In this document: positions 27,917 through 36,047 of the stretch, piece by piece
How the letters are laid out: each line of letters starts with the position of its first letter
How positions within the stretch are numbered: position 1 is the first letter of the stretch
Origin: Candidatus Acidiferrales bacterium
GTDB taxonomy: Bacteria > Acidobacteriota > Terriglobia > Acidiferrales > UBA7541
NCBI GenBank assembly: GCA_049678845.1
Contig: JBAUEX010000183.1
Location: forward strand, 1-56,286
Direction: 5' to 3'
DNA length: 56,286 nucleotides
Position numbers and translations under genes: made by a program
The notes under the pieces: generated by a model
Told to the model about the DNA's origin: nothing
What the model saw: the letters and a program-made list of their open reading frames with translations, nothing else
Databases searched by the model: none

Positions 27917-28564
27917 ATGACTTCGCGCCAACACCGCCGCCTGATCTCCCTTGCGCTCTTCGCCATAGTGATCGGCTTCGTTCTTTACCGCCAGTATCAG
28001 CAAAGCCAGCGTCCGGCTTTTGGCCCACAAATCCACAACAACATCGCCTGCGGCGTTCACTGCGGCACTGAGCGCTGGCTCGTCAAGACTCTCTCCGACG
28101 CGGACGTCGCCAGCATCAACTTCTCTCCGCGACCTGCCACGGTTACTTGGCTCACTTCCCAACCTGCCCCGTCGCCGCTTCCGGCGGACTCCCGCCTCGC
28201 GCCTCTCGAGGTCCAAGCCTTCACCGTCCGCGCGCAGCTCATCGCCATCAAGGAGGAAAGCGATCGTGACTTCCATCTCATCCTCGCCGATCCTGCGAAT
28301 CCTTCCACCACGATGCTCGCGGAAATTCCCTCCTCGGAATGTTCCGGCGCGTGCTCCTCGCAGTACGCCTCTTCGTTTGAATCCGCGCGCACCGCACTCG
28401 AATCCCGATTCGGCGTGCCTCCTACCACTGGGTTCGAGAACGTTCCCGGCACCGTCATCGTCGACGTCACTGGTATTGCTTTCTTCGATTTCTTCCACAG
28501 CCAGCGCGGCGTCGCCCCCAACGCCATCGAACTCCACCCCGTTCTCTCCATCCACTTCGAGTAA
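27917..28564 (+). CDS. hypothetical membrane-anchored protein
   Basis: ATG 27917 gives MTSRQHRRLISLALFAIVIGFVLY (TM anchor), and the extracytoplasmic part contains CGVHCGTERWLVKT. The family is not recognised with confidence. Confidence 0.5.
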   Translation: MTSRQHRRLISLALFAIVIGFVLYRQYQQSQRPAFGPQIHNNIACGVHCGTERWLVKTLSDADVASINFSPRPATVTWLTSQPAPSPLPADSRLAPLEVQAFTVRAQLIAIKEESDRDFHLILADPANPSTTMLAEIPSSECSGACSSQYASSFESARTALESRFGVPPTTGFENVPGTVIVDVTGIAFFDFFHSQRGVAPNAIELHPVLSIHFE

Positions 28565-28735
28565 TCCTGCTGCTTCCGCATCACCCGCCTCGGGCGCTCC
28601 CCCACGAATCAGTTGACTCTGGAGCTATCTTTCGCAGACATTCCAAAACTCTTGGAGTACGATGTGGATCATTAAGCTGAAATTTCGTTCCATAAATTAT
28701 CCGTCGCCTCGGCGTGCGTCGTCGAGGGAGGTTTA

Positions 28736-29047
28736 ATGTCACTTCAATACGCCATCACAGTCGATAAGGACCACGCGCAGGTAACAGCCAAATGGGAAAT
28801 GACGGTGGACATGTCGGACACCGAATTGATCTCGAATTTCACGCTGACGGTCGAGGGCGTACCTATGAACACTCAATGCTCCGGCGGCAACAAAGCGTGC
28901 AGCGGCGCAGCGTACGCCACATTATCCAATCCAACGGCGGACAGTCCCGTCACTTTCGTTATCACCACGAATAAGCCAGCCGTAAGAAATGGCAGCGACG
29001 TTCTTCGCGGAGAAAAAACCTACGACGACGTCATCTTCTCCGGGTAA
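28736..29047 (+). CDS. hypothetical small protein (103 aa)
   Basis: Strong SD (GAGGGAGG) 6 nt before the ATG. No family recognised. Confidence 0.45.
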   Translation: MSLQYAITVDKDHAQVTAKWEMTVDMSDTELISNFTLTVEGVPMNTQCSGGNKACSGAAYATLSNPTADSPVTFVITTNKPAVRNGSDVLRGEKTYDDVIFSG

Positions 29048-29483
29048 TCTCCCTTTCAGCATTCGCCATCGCTTCACTCCGCGCTCTTTCTGTGTCGACT
29101 GCTAGAAGCCGAATCTCACAGCCACGCCATCCTGAAAAATTCTCATCTTCGTGCTACGCTAATTTGTGACCGAGATGACCATGACCGCAAGTTGCTCTCC
29201 CGCCCCAATTCTTCTTCGCAACGGTGTAAGCCACCGGTGCCCAAAGAACGGCATCGCGTTCCTGATTCTCGTGACCGGCGTAGACACGCCCAGGAGGGAA
29301 TTCCGCCAGCCTCCCACCACCGGTCCCGGCTTTCTAGTCCACCGGCCGGAATCAGACACCGAGCTCACTTGCAGAAAACACAAGGTCGGCGTTGTTTCTA
29401 ATCGCCAATTTTTTGTGCCTTTAAAATTGCCGGACACTCCCCGACAAAGCGCGAATTTTTCGCAAGCGGGTCTCGGTTAAGCC

Positions 29484-30830
29484 ATGTTTGAAAATCTCAC
29501 CGACAAACTCCAGCGCGCTTTCAAGAATCTTCGCGGCCAGGGCAAGCTCACCGAAGAGCATCTTGACGCCGGCCTGGCGCAAATCCGCGAAGCGCTCCTC
29601 GACGCCGACGTCAACTTGGGCGTGGTCGACGAAATCATCGCGCACATCCGCGAAAAGGCCCTCGGCTCCGAGGTCCTGCTCCAGCTTTCGCCCGACCAGC
29701 AAGTCGTCAAAATCGTTCGCGACGAATTAACCGAGCTTCTCGGCAAAGAAGTTCGCATGCAATTCGCCTCGCGCCCGCCTTCGGTCTGGCTCATCGTCGG
29801 CCTGCAAGGCTCCGGCAAAACCACGACCACTGGCAAGCTCGGCAAATGGCTCGGCGCGAATGGCCATCGTCCCATCGTCGTTTCGACAGACGTGTACCGC
29901 CCCGCTGCACGCGAGCAACTCGCGCAAGTCGCCAAAGCCACCCATACTCCTCTGTGGCCCGGCGCTGGCACTGACAAGCCGCTCGAAATCGTTCGCGGCG
30001 CCATGCGCGAAGCAAAACTCTCCGCGTACGACGTGGTTCTCGTCGACACCGCCGGCCGCCTGCATATCGACGATGAATTGATGAACGAACTCTCGACGCT
30101 CAAGCACGAACTTTCGCCCTCTGAAATTCTCTTCGTCGCCGACGCCATGATCGGCCAGGACGCAGTTCGCTCCGCTGGCGAATTCCACAAACGCCTTGGC
30201 GTAACGGGAGTCATTCTCACCAAGCTCGACGGCGACGCACGCGGCGGCGCGGCGCTCTCCATTCGCAAAGTCACCGGCGCGCCCGTAAAATTCGCGGGCA
30301 TCGGCGAAAAATACGACGCCATCGAGCAATTTCATCCCGACCGCATCATCTCGCGCATCCTCGGCATGGGTGACGTGCTCACGCTCATCGAGAAAGCCGA
30401 GAAAACCATCGACGAAAAACAGGCCCGCGAGCTTCAGCGCAAACTCGAGCACGACGAATTCTCCCTTGAGGATTTCCGCGACCAGTTGAAGCAGATTCGC
30501 AAAATGGGCTCGCTCGAGCAGCTCATGGGCATGCTCCCGAAAATCGGCCCCTTCGCCAAATTGCCAAAAGACACGGCGATCGACGAGACCCGCTTGAAAG
30601 TCGCCGAAGCCATCATCAATTCCATGACCGCCGCCGAGCGCGACGATCACAACCTGATCGACGGCAAGCGCCGCAAGCGTATCGCCCGCGGCAGCGGCAC
30701 AACTGTTCAGGAAGTCAACGAAGTCCTCAAGCAGTACAACGAAATGCGCCGCATGATGAAAATGTACGGCAACACCATGAAGGGCAAAATGCGCGGCCTG
30801 GGCAAGCTCCGCGGCGGCCTAAGTAACTAA
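29484..30830 (+). CDS. ffh: signal recognition particle protein Ffh
   Basis: N domain, G domain (GLQGSGKTTTTGKL, DTAGR, TKLDGDARGG) and the Met-rich M domain. Confidence 0.92.
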   Translation: MFENLTDKLQRAFKNLRGQGKLTEEHLDAGLAQIREALLDADVNLGVVDEIIAHIREKALGSEVLLQLSPDQQVVKIVRDELTELLGKEVRMQFASRPPSVWLIVGLQGSGKTTTTGKLGKWLGANGHRPIVVSTDVYRPAAREQLAQVAKATHTPLWPGAGTDKPLEIVRGAMREAKLSAYDVVLVDTAGRLHIDDELMNELSTLKHELSPSEILFVADAMIGQDAVRSAGEFHKRLGVTGVILTKLDGDARGGAALSIRKVTGAPVKFAGIGEKYDAIEQFHPDRIISRILGMGDVLTLIEKAEKTIDEKQARELQRKLEHDEFSLEDFRDQLKQIRKMGSLEQLMGMLPKIGPFAKLPKDTAIDETRLKVAEAIINSMTAAERDDHNLIDGKRRKRIARGSGTTVQEVNEVLKQYNEMRRMMKMYGNTMKGKMRGLGKLRGGLSN

Positions 30831-30883
30831 TGTTGCAAAAGCCGTGTATACAAGGCCTTTCAGCAGGCCCCTGATTCCGCGCT

Positions 30884-30911
30884 TTGGGAATTTCACCGCT
30901 TACGCTATAAT
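30884..30911 (+). promoter_or_regulatory. sigma-70-like promoter for the rpsP operon
   Basis: TTGGGA (30884-30889), 16-nt spacer, TATAAT (30906-30911). Confidence 0.35.
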
Positions 30912-30940
30912 CGAGCTGCAATTCTGGAGGATATAACGAA

Positions 30941-31180
30941 GTGTTGATGATCCGATTGTCCCGCATTGGCAAGAAGAAGCAGCCGGCTTATCGCGTCGTG
31001 GTGATTGAGAAGACCCGTCCGCGCGACGGCCGTTTCGTTGAAATTGTGGGGACATACGATCCTCTGAAGAATCCCGCAGTTGTGAAGCTCGACACCGAGC
31101 GCGTGAAATATTGGCTCGGTTGCGGCGCCCAGCCCAGCGACACTGTACGCAGCTTCTTGCGCCACCAAAAAATCGCATAA
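30941..31180 (+). CDS. rpsP: 30S ribosomal protein S16
   Basis: IRLSRIGKKKQPAYRVVVIEKTRPRDGRFVEIVGTYDP. GTG 30941 lies 9 nt after GGAGGA; ATG 30947 is an alternative start. Confidence 0.9.
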   Translation: MLMIRLSRIGKKKQPAYRVVVIEKTRPRDGRFVEIVGTYDPLKNPAVVKLDTERVKYWLGCGAQPSDTVRSFLRHQKIA

Positions 31181-31273
31181 AGCATCGTACTCTTCAGGGG
31201 TTCCGAACTTCTACGTCGGATCTAGCCTCAGCGGATTTTTTCGCCGGACCCAGCGAACGTCCGGAGGTTTCTC

Positions 31274-31507
31274 ATGATCAAGGAGCTCGTCGAGTCGATT
31301 GCAAAAGCTCTTGTCGACCATCCCGAACAGGTAATCGTGAACTCCATCGAAGGCGAGCAAGTCACGGTTCTTGAATTGCGCGTTGCCCAGGACGACCTCG
31401 GGAAAGTGATTGGGCGGCAGGGCCGCACCGCGAAGTCTATCCGCACGCTGCTGGGTGCGGCCGGCATGAAACTGAAAAAGCGATTCACCTTGGAAATACT
31501 CGAATAG
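31274..31507 (+). CDS. KH domain-containing RNA-binding protein (YlqC/UPF0109)
   Basis: [20 protein letters not shown] contains the GxxG motif. It occupies the conserved position between rpsP and rimM. Confidence 0.8.
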   Translation: MIKELVESIAKALVDHPEQVIVNSIEGEQVTVLELRVAQDDLGKVIGRQGRTAKSIRTLLGAAGMKLKKRFTLEILE

Positions 31508-31508
31508 C

Positions 31509-32066
31509 GTGGCGGACTCCCCAGCCAGTCGCGTCACCCTTGCCAGAATTCTGCGTGCTCGCGGACGCCGCGGTGAAGTTGCGGCTCAAATTCTCACCGA
31601 TTTTCCTGAACGCCTCCCGACGCTCGTTTCCGCCGAACTGTGGGATGGCAAGAATCCTCCGCGCCTCGTGGGAATTCGCGAATGCTGGCTCCATAACGGC
31701 CAGGCGATTTTTCTTTTCGAAGGCTCGGATTCAATCTCCGATGCGGAACGCCTCGTCGGCCTTGAAATTCAAATTCCGCTTTCCGAGCGCGTGCCCCTTG
31801 CAGCGGGAAACCACTTCGTCACGGATTTAATCGGCTGCGAAGTTTTTCAAGCCAACGCGAACGGGACGCCGGAAAAACTGGGCGACGTTCGCGACGTGCA
31901 ATCGACAGGCGAATCCGTCGCCGGCACGCCGGTTCTCGTTGTCGCCATGCCTCATGGCGAATTGCTGATTCCTTTCGCCACCGAAATCTGCACGCGCATC
32001 GATACCGCCGCGCGCCGCATCGAAGTCGTCCTCCCCGAAGGCCTTCTCGACTTGAATCAAACTTAG
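31509..32066 (+). CDS. rimM: ribosome maturation factor RimM
   Basis: RimM N-terminal beta-barrel plus PRC-barrel pattern, and operon context. Confidence 0.85.
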   Translation: MADSPASRVTLARILRARGRRGEVAAQILTDFPERLPTLVSAELWDGKNPPRLVGIRECWLHNGQAIFLFEGSDSISDAERLVGLEIQIPLSERVPLAAGNHFVTDLIGCEVFQANANGTPEKLGDVRDVQSTGESVAGTPVLVVAMPHGELLIPFATEICTRIDTAARRIEVVLPEGLLDLNQT

Positions 32067-32110
32067 AAATTGCGCGAACAGAAACGCGACTGGGGTAAGA
32101 TCCCAGCACG

Positions 32111-32932
32111 ATGCGCTTCGATCTGATTACGATTTTCCCGGAGTTTTTTCATGGGCCAATGGACTACGGAATTGTGCGGCGCGCGCGCGAAGCGAAACTC
32201 ATCGACGTGGCGATTCACGACCTGCGAAATTTCACGCACGACCGTCACCGCACTGTTGATGATCGACCGTTTGGCGGCGGCGAAGGCATGGTGCTGAAGC
32301 CTGAGCCGATTTTCGACGCCGTCGAGTCGCTCATCGGGCCAGTGAAGGACGTGCAAACCTCGCAGCCGGAGATGCGAACTGCCGTTGTGTTGCTTTCCGC
32401 TTCGGGAAAAGTATTCCGGCAGGAAATGGCGCGAAGATTTTCGCAACTCGAGCGTGTGATTTTAATTGGCGGGCGTTACGAAGGCGTCGACGAACGCGTG
32501 GCCGAGCATCTGGCAACTGACGAAATCTCCATCGGCGACTTTGTGCTCTCCGGCGGCGAACTAGCCGCCGCGATGGTGCTTGACGCCGTGACGCGATTGA
32601 TTCCCGGCGCGCTCGGCAATGAAGACTCTGCTGAGAACGAATCATTTTCCGCCATGCGCGACAACCCAAAGACTGGCGAGCAAATTCCGTTTCTGCCGGA
32701 CGCGGCTGAGACACGAATCACAGCACATGAATCAGCCAACCGCGGTATTCTTGATTATCCTCATTACACGCGCCCGCACAATTTCCGCGGCTGGGAAGTT
32801 CCGGACGTTCTGATAAGCGGAAATCACGAGCAAATCCGGCAATGGCGCCGTCGGACCGCGCTTGACAAAACACTGCGCAACCGTCCCGATTTGCTGGCTG
32901 GCTCAAACCCGCGAGACTTCAGCGCGAAATAA
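32111..32932 (+). CDS. trmD: tRNA (guanine37-N1)-methyltransferase
   Basis: [13 protein letters not shown]..., [38 protein letters not shown]. Confidence 0.9.
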   Translation: MRFDLITIFPEFFHGPMDYGIVRRAREAKLIDVAIHDLRNFTHDRHRTVDDRPFGGGEGMVLKPEPIFDAVESLIGPVKDVQTSQPEMRTAVVLLSASGKVFRQEMARRFSQLERVILIGGRYEGVDERVAEHLATDEISIGDFVLSGGELAAAMVLDAVTRLIPGALGNEDSAENESFSAMRDNPKTGEQIPFLPDAAETRITAHESANRGILDYPHYTRPHNFRGWEVPDVLISGNHEQIRQWRRRTALDKTLRNRPDLLAGSNPRDFSAK

Positions 32933-33055
32933 AATTGTCGCTCTGATCGTTCGCCGAGTCATTCGCAGTCCAATTCGTGCGCGCTGCGTCGTTTGATCGC
33001 GACGTTGTGCTGGCGCGGTAACGTTTGATAGGCTCGGTCGCGAGGAACATTCGGA

Positions 33056-34060
33056 ATGTCGATCATTGATGTTCACAATCATTATTATCCGCCCGCGTAC
33101 TTGGACGCGCTGCGTTCCGGCTCGAGCGTGGTGAAAGTTGATTTCGACGCGCAAGGCAATCCACGGCTGCATTATCCCGGCGATTACAACGTAGCAGTGC
33201 GCGGGCATCGCGATATCGATTTTCGCGAAGGTGAGCTCGGGAAATACGGCATCGATACGCAGGTGATTTCGCTGACGACGCCCGGGACGCACGTGGAATC
33301 TCCCGCGAACGCCGTGAAACTTGCGGCGCTGGTGAATGATGCCTTCGCGGAGGTGGCGCGAACGAAGCGCGGAAAATTTGTGGCGCTCGCGACGCTTCCG
33401 CTGAATGATCCCGCCGCGTCGGTGAAAGAATTCGAGCGCGCGTGTCGCCAGTTTCATTTTCCTGGCGCAATGCTCTTCAGCAACATCAACGGCGTGGCGC
33501 TGGCGGACAAGCGTTTCTGGCCACTCTACGAAGTCGCGAACGATTTGGACGCGATTCTGCACATTCATCCCACCGATCCGGCAGGCGTCGAAGCAATGAC
33601 GGATTATTGGCTGATGCCGCTCGTGGGATTTTTATTCGATACGACGCTGGCTGCTGAAAAACTCGTTTTCAGCGGCGTCGTGGAACGTTTTCCGCGCATT
33701 CGCTGGGTGCTGAGCCATCTGGGCGGCGCAATTCCTTATATCGCCGAGCGCGCGGATCGCGGCTTTCGCGCGTTCAAGGAATGTCGCGTGAATATTTCGC
33801 GGCCGCCGAGCGAGTATCTGAAGCAGTTTTATTACGACACGGTGAATTTCGATCCGCTCGCACTGAAACTCGCCATCGATTTCGCCGGCGTCGAACACAT
33901 TCTTGCCGGCAGCGATTATCCGCACCAAATCGGCAGCATTCCGGAAATGCTCGCGTCGCTGCGGAGCCTGCCAATTCCCGCGGCGGACAAAGAAATGATC
34001 CTCGGCGGCAACGCAGCAAAACTGCTGAAGCTGTACCACGTGACAGACAATCACTCGTGA
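33056..34060 (+). CDS. amidohydrolase family protein (amidohydrolase_2 / ACMSD-like)
   Basis: IDVHNHYYP metal-binding start, HIHP, and GSDYPH near the C-terminus. Confidence 0.8.
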   Translation: MSIIDVHNHYYPPAYLDALRSGSSVVKVDFDAQGNPRLHYPGDYNVAVRGHRDIDFREGELGKYGIDTQVISLTTPGTHVESPANAVKLAALVNDAFAEVARTKRGKFVALATLPLNDPAASVKEFERACRQFHFPGAMLFSNINGVALADKRFWPLYEVANDLDAILHIHPTDPAGVEAMTDYWLMPLVGFLFDTTLAAEKLVFSGVVERFPRIRWVLSHLGGAIPYIAERADRGFRAFKECRVNISRPPSEYLKQFYYDTVNFDPLALKLAIDFAGVEHILAGSDYPHQIGSIPEMLASLRSLPIPAADKEMILGGNAAKLLKLYHVTDNHS

Positions 34061-34514
34061 CCAACGTCGGAGTAAGCTAATGGAATTAGCGAACTGTTTG
34101 TCATCGGGCTCTGACGGGAGTGTATTCAACCCAAACCAAAGCTCTAAGTAAGATGTACCTTATCTTGGGCCTGATCACGTACTTGACATAGTCGGTGTCC
34201 GGCTTCCCGCCCTTTATCGTCACGATGTGGACAGGCGCAGTAAACCGAGGTCCATACTTCCCCCCAATTTGCTTCTTACTCCGCCCGGGTCGTCCGCAAA
34301 TGGGAACCCTCAGAGTGTTAGCCGAACCATGCATAGTGACGCGAACTTTCGAGGTTCCAGGTTTAACGACGACGGTTTCGGGCTGAAGGTGACTGACCGA
34401 GTTCTTACCATGCAGATCCTTTATCGCATTCTTATGGAGAAGTGCGCAGAGCGGAAATTGCCGCTGAATCGGGACCGCGAGGTCTGCGCGGAACGCACAA
34501 TATCCTCAATTATG

Positions 34515-34543
34515 TGGTCAATTGGTAAGGAATTCGCTATAGT
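34515..34543 (+). promoter_or_regulatory. possible sigma-70-like promoter for rplS
   Basis: TGGTCA (34515-34520), 17-nt spacer, TATAGT (34538-34543), about 60 nt before the rplS ATG. Confidence 0.3.
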
Positions 34544-34601
34544 TAAGACTCGTACTGATTGAGCTGGCCCCACCTGAGCGGGTCTGCCGGGAAAATTTGC
34601 C

Positions 34602-35000
34602 ATGAATCGCGTTATTGATAAGGTGCAGGAGTCTCAACTACGCACGGATTTTCCGGCGTTCCGGCCGGGAGATACGGTTCGCGTGCACGTGAAGCTGCGC
34701 GAGGGCGAGGCAGGGAAAGAAAAAGAGCGCGTTCAGCCGTTCGAAGGCGTCGTCATAAAGAGACGCGGCCATACGGCCGGAGCGAGTTTCACGGTGCGGC
34801 GCGTCAGCTTTGGGATCGGCGTTGAGCGCATTTTCCCGCTGCACTCGCCGACCATCGCTTCCATTGAAATTGTGCAGCAGGGCGACGTTCGCCGAGCGAA
34901 GCTTTATTATCTGCGCGGGCTGACGGGAAAATCGGCGCGTATCAAGCGCGTGGAGCGCGAGCGTCCCGGGAAAGCCGCCGAAGCAAAGAGCGAGGAATAA
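34602..35000 (+). CDS. rplS: 50S ribosomal protein L19
   Basis: [32 protein letters not shown]...[21 protein letters not shown]. Confidence 0.9.
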   Translation: MNRVIDKVQESQLRTDFPAFRPGDTVRVHVKLREGEAGKEKERVQPFEGVVIKRRGHTAGASFTVRRVSFGIGVERIFPLHSPTIASIEIVQQGDVRRAKLYYLRGLTGKSARIKRVERERPGKAAEAKSEE

Positions 35001-35041
35001 ATTTTCGCCACCTGCTAAGTCACTAAAGTTTTTTCTCGACT

Positions 35042-35073
35042 GGCCGCAGAGTTAAGTGCGGCCCTTGTTTTTT
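35042..35073 (+). terminator. rho-independent terminator after rplS
   Basis: GGCCGCA (35042-35048) pairs with TGCGGCC (35057-35063), with an 8-nt loop, followed by CTTGTTTTTT. Confidence 0.7.
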
Positions 35074-35080
35074 CTGCGCT

Positions 35081-35827
35081 TTGAGTCCCCTCGCGATGTG
35101 TGTGGTAGAATCGCGCGCGATGGGGCGGCTCTGCTCTTCGCGATACGAACGGCTGGCGCGTCAGCAAGGATGGATGCGCATCTGCGGCATCGACGAAGTC
35201 GGCCGAGGCTCGCTGTTCGGACCTGTGGTCGCCGCCGCTGTCGTTTTGAATCCCCGCCGGCGCATCGTCGGGCTCGACGATTCGAAGAAATTAACGCACG
35301 ACCGCCGCGAAGAACTGGCGCTGCGCATTCGTGAACATGCCTTGGCGTGGGCTGTGGCGGAAATCGACGCGAGCCGCATCGATGCGTGGAATATTTATCA
35401 GGCCAGCCGCCAGGCAATGCTCGCCGCCGTTGAAAATATTCGTCCCGCCGCGGATTACCTGCTGATCGACGCGATGGAACTGCCGCTGCCCATTGAGCAG
35501 AAGGCGCTGATTCACGGCGACGCGCGCTCGATTTCGATTGCGGCGGCGTCGATTCTTGCGAAGGTCGAACGCGATCATCTGATGGACGATTTCGACCTGC
35601 TTTATCCGCAGTACGGCCTGGCGCAAAACCGCGGCTACAGCACTCCGGACCATCTGGAAGCGCTGAAGCGTTACGGGCCGACACCTCTGCACCGTTATTC
35701 GTATGCGCCAGTGCGCGAATCGACCTGCTGGGCCGTCAAGGCAACGCAAGAAACCCTTCCGCTGACGGCCGTCGCCGCCAATTCGACGGCTATACCTCCG
35801 GACTCCCCTCTCACCGCGCGCGATTGA
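35081..35827 (+). CDS. rnhB: ribonuclease HII
   Basis: ICGIDEVGRGSLFGPVVAAAV, DDSKKL and GDARSISIAAASILAKV. The start is uncertain (TTG 35081, ATG 35096 or ATG 35120). Confidence 0.85.
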   Translation: MSPLAMCVVESRAMGRLCSSRYERLARQQGWMRICGIDEVGRGSLFGPVVAAAVVLNPRRRIVGLDDSKKLTHDRREELALRIREHALAWAVAEIDASRIDAWNIYQASRQAMLAAVENIRPAADYLLIDAMELPLPIEQKALIHGDARSISIAAASILAKVERDHLMDDFDLLYPQYGLAQNRGYSTPDHLEALKRYGPTPLHRYSYAPVRESTCWAVKATQETLPLTAVAANSTAIPPDSPLTARD

Positions 35828-36047
35828 CTCTTCGCTTGCCTCTTACGGGACGACATACGGCGGAGCCGTGCTAGAAGGGGCCGCCGCGTCATTCAGGTGT
35901 TATCGAGTTCCTACCGCACGCCGAGCGGCGCGTTGACCCTTGTTTTTCGCGTGTGCTACCGTAGCCTAGCCTTAGGAAACTCGCTTCAGAACGCCCTTCG
36001 TGGGCGTCCGCTACAGGCGCGCGGACGGGGGTATCCGGGAAACACGC

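Noticed and set aside
28655-28710. DnaA-box-like 9-mers (TGTGGATCA, TTATCCGTC) in the intergenic region after the 27917-28564 gene. This was considered as a possible oriC because rpmH/yidC and parAB are nearby.
   Set aside because: There are only two degenerate boxes, with no AT-rich unwinding element and no dnaA gene. This is insufficient for an origin call.
29048-29483. SRP (4.5S) RNA gene next to ffh.
   Set aside because: The conserved domain IV sequence (GGUCCGGAAGGAAGCAGC-like) is absent on both strands.
24735-30650. Many long ORFs opposite or out of frame with yidC, rnpA/yidD, the 27917 gene and ffh. Examples: 24735-25769, 25087-25917, 26666-27619, 27629-28555, 29477-30322, 29727-30650.
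   Set aside because: They are Arg/Ala/Pro/Gly-rich shadow ORFs typical of GC-rich DNA. Each overlaps a gene with unmistakable family motifs in another frame.
34101-34334. The 77-aa minus-strand ORF in the trmD-rplS island was considered as a toxin-antitoxin or mobile-element remnant.
   Set aside because: No motif of HicA, RelE, integrase or transposase families could be recognised by eye, and there is no partner ORF or repeats. It is reported only as part of the island finding, not as a feature.
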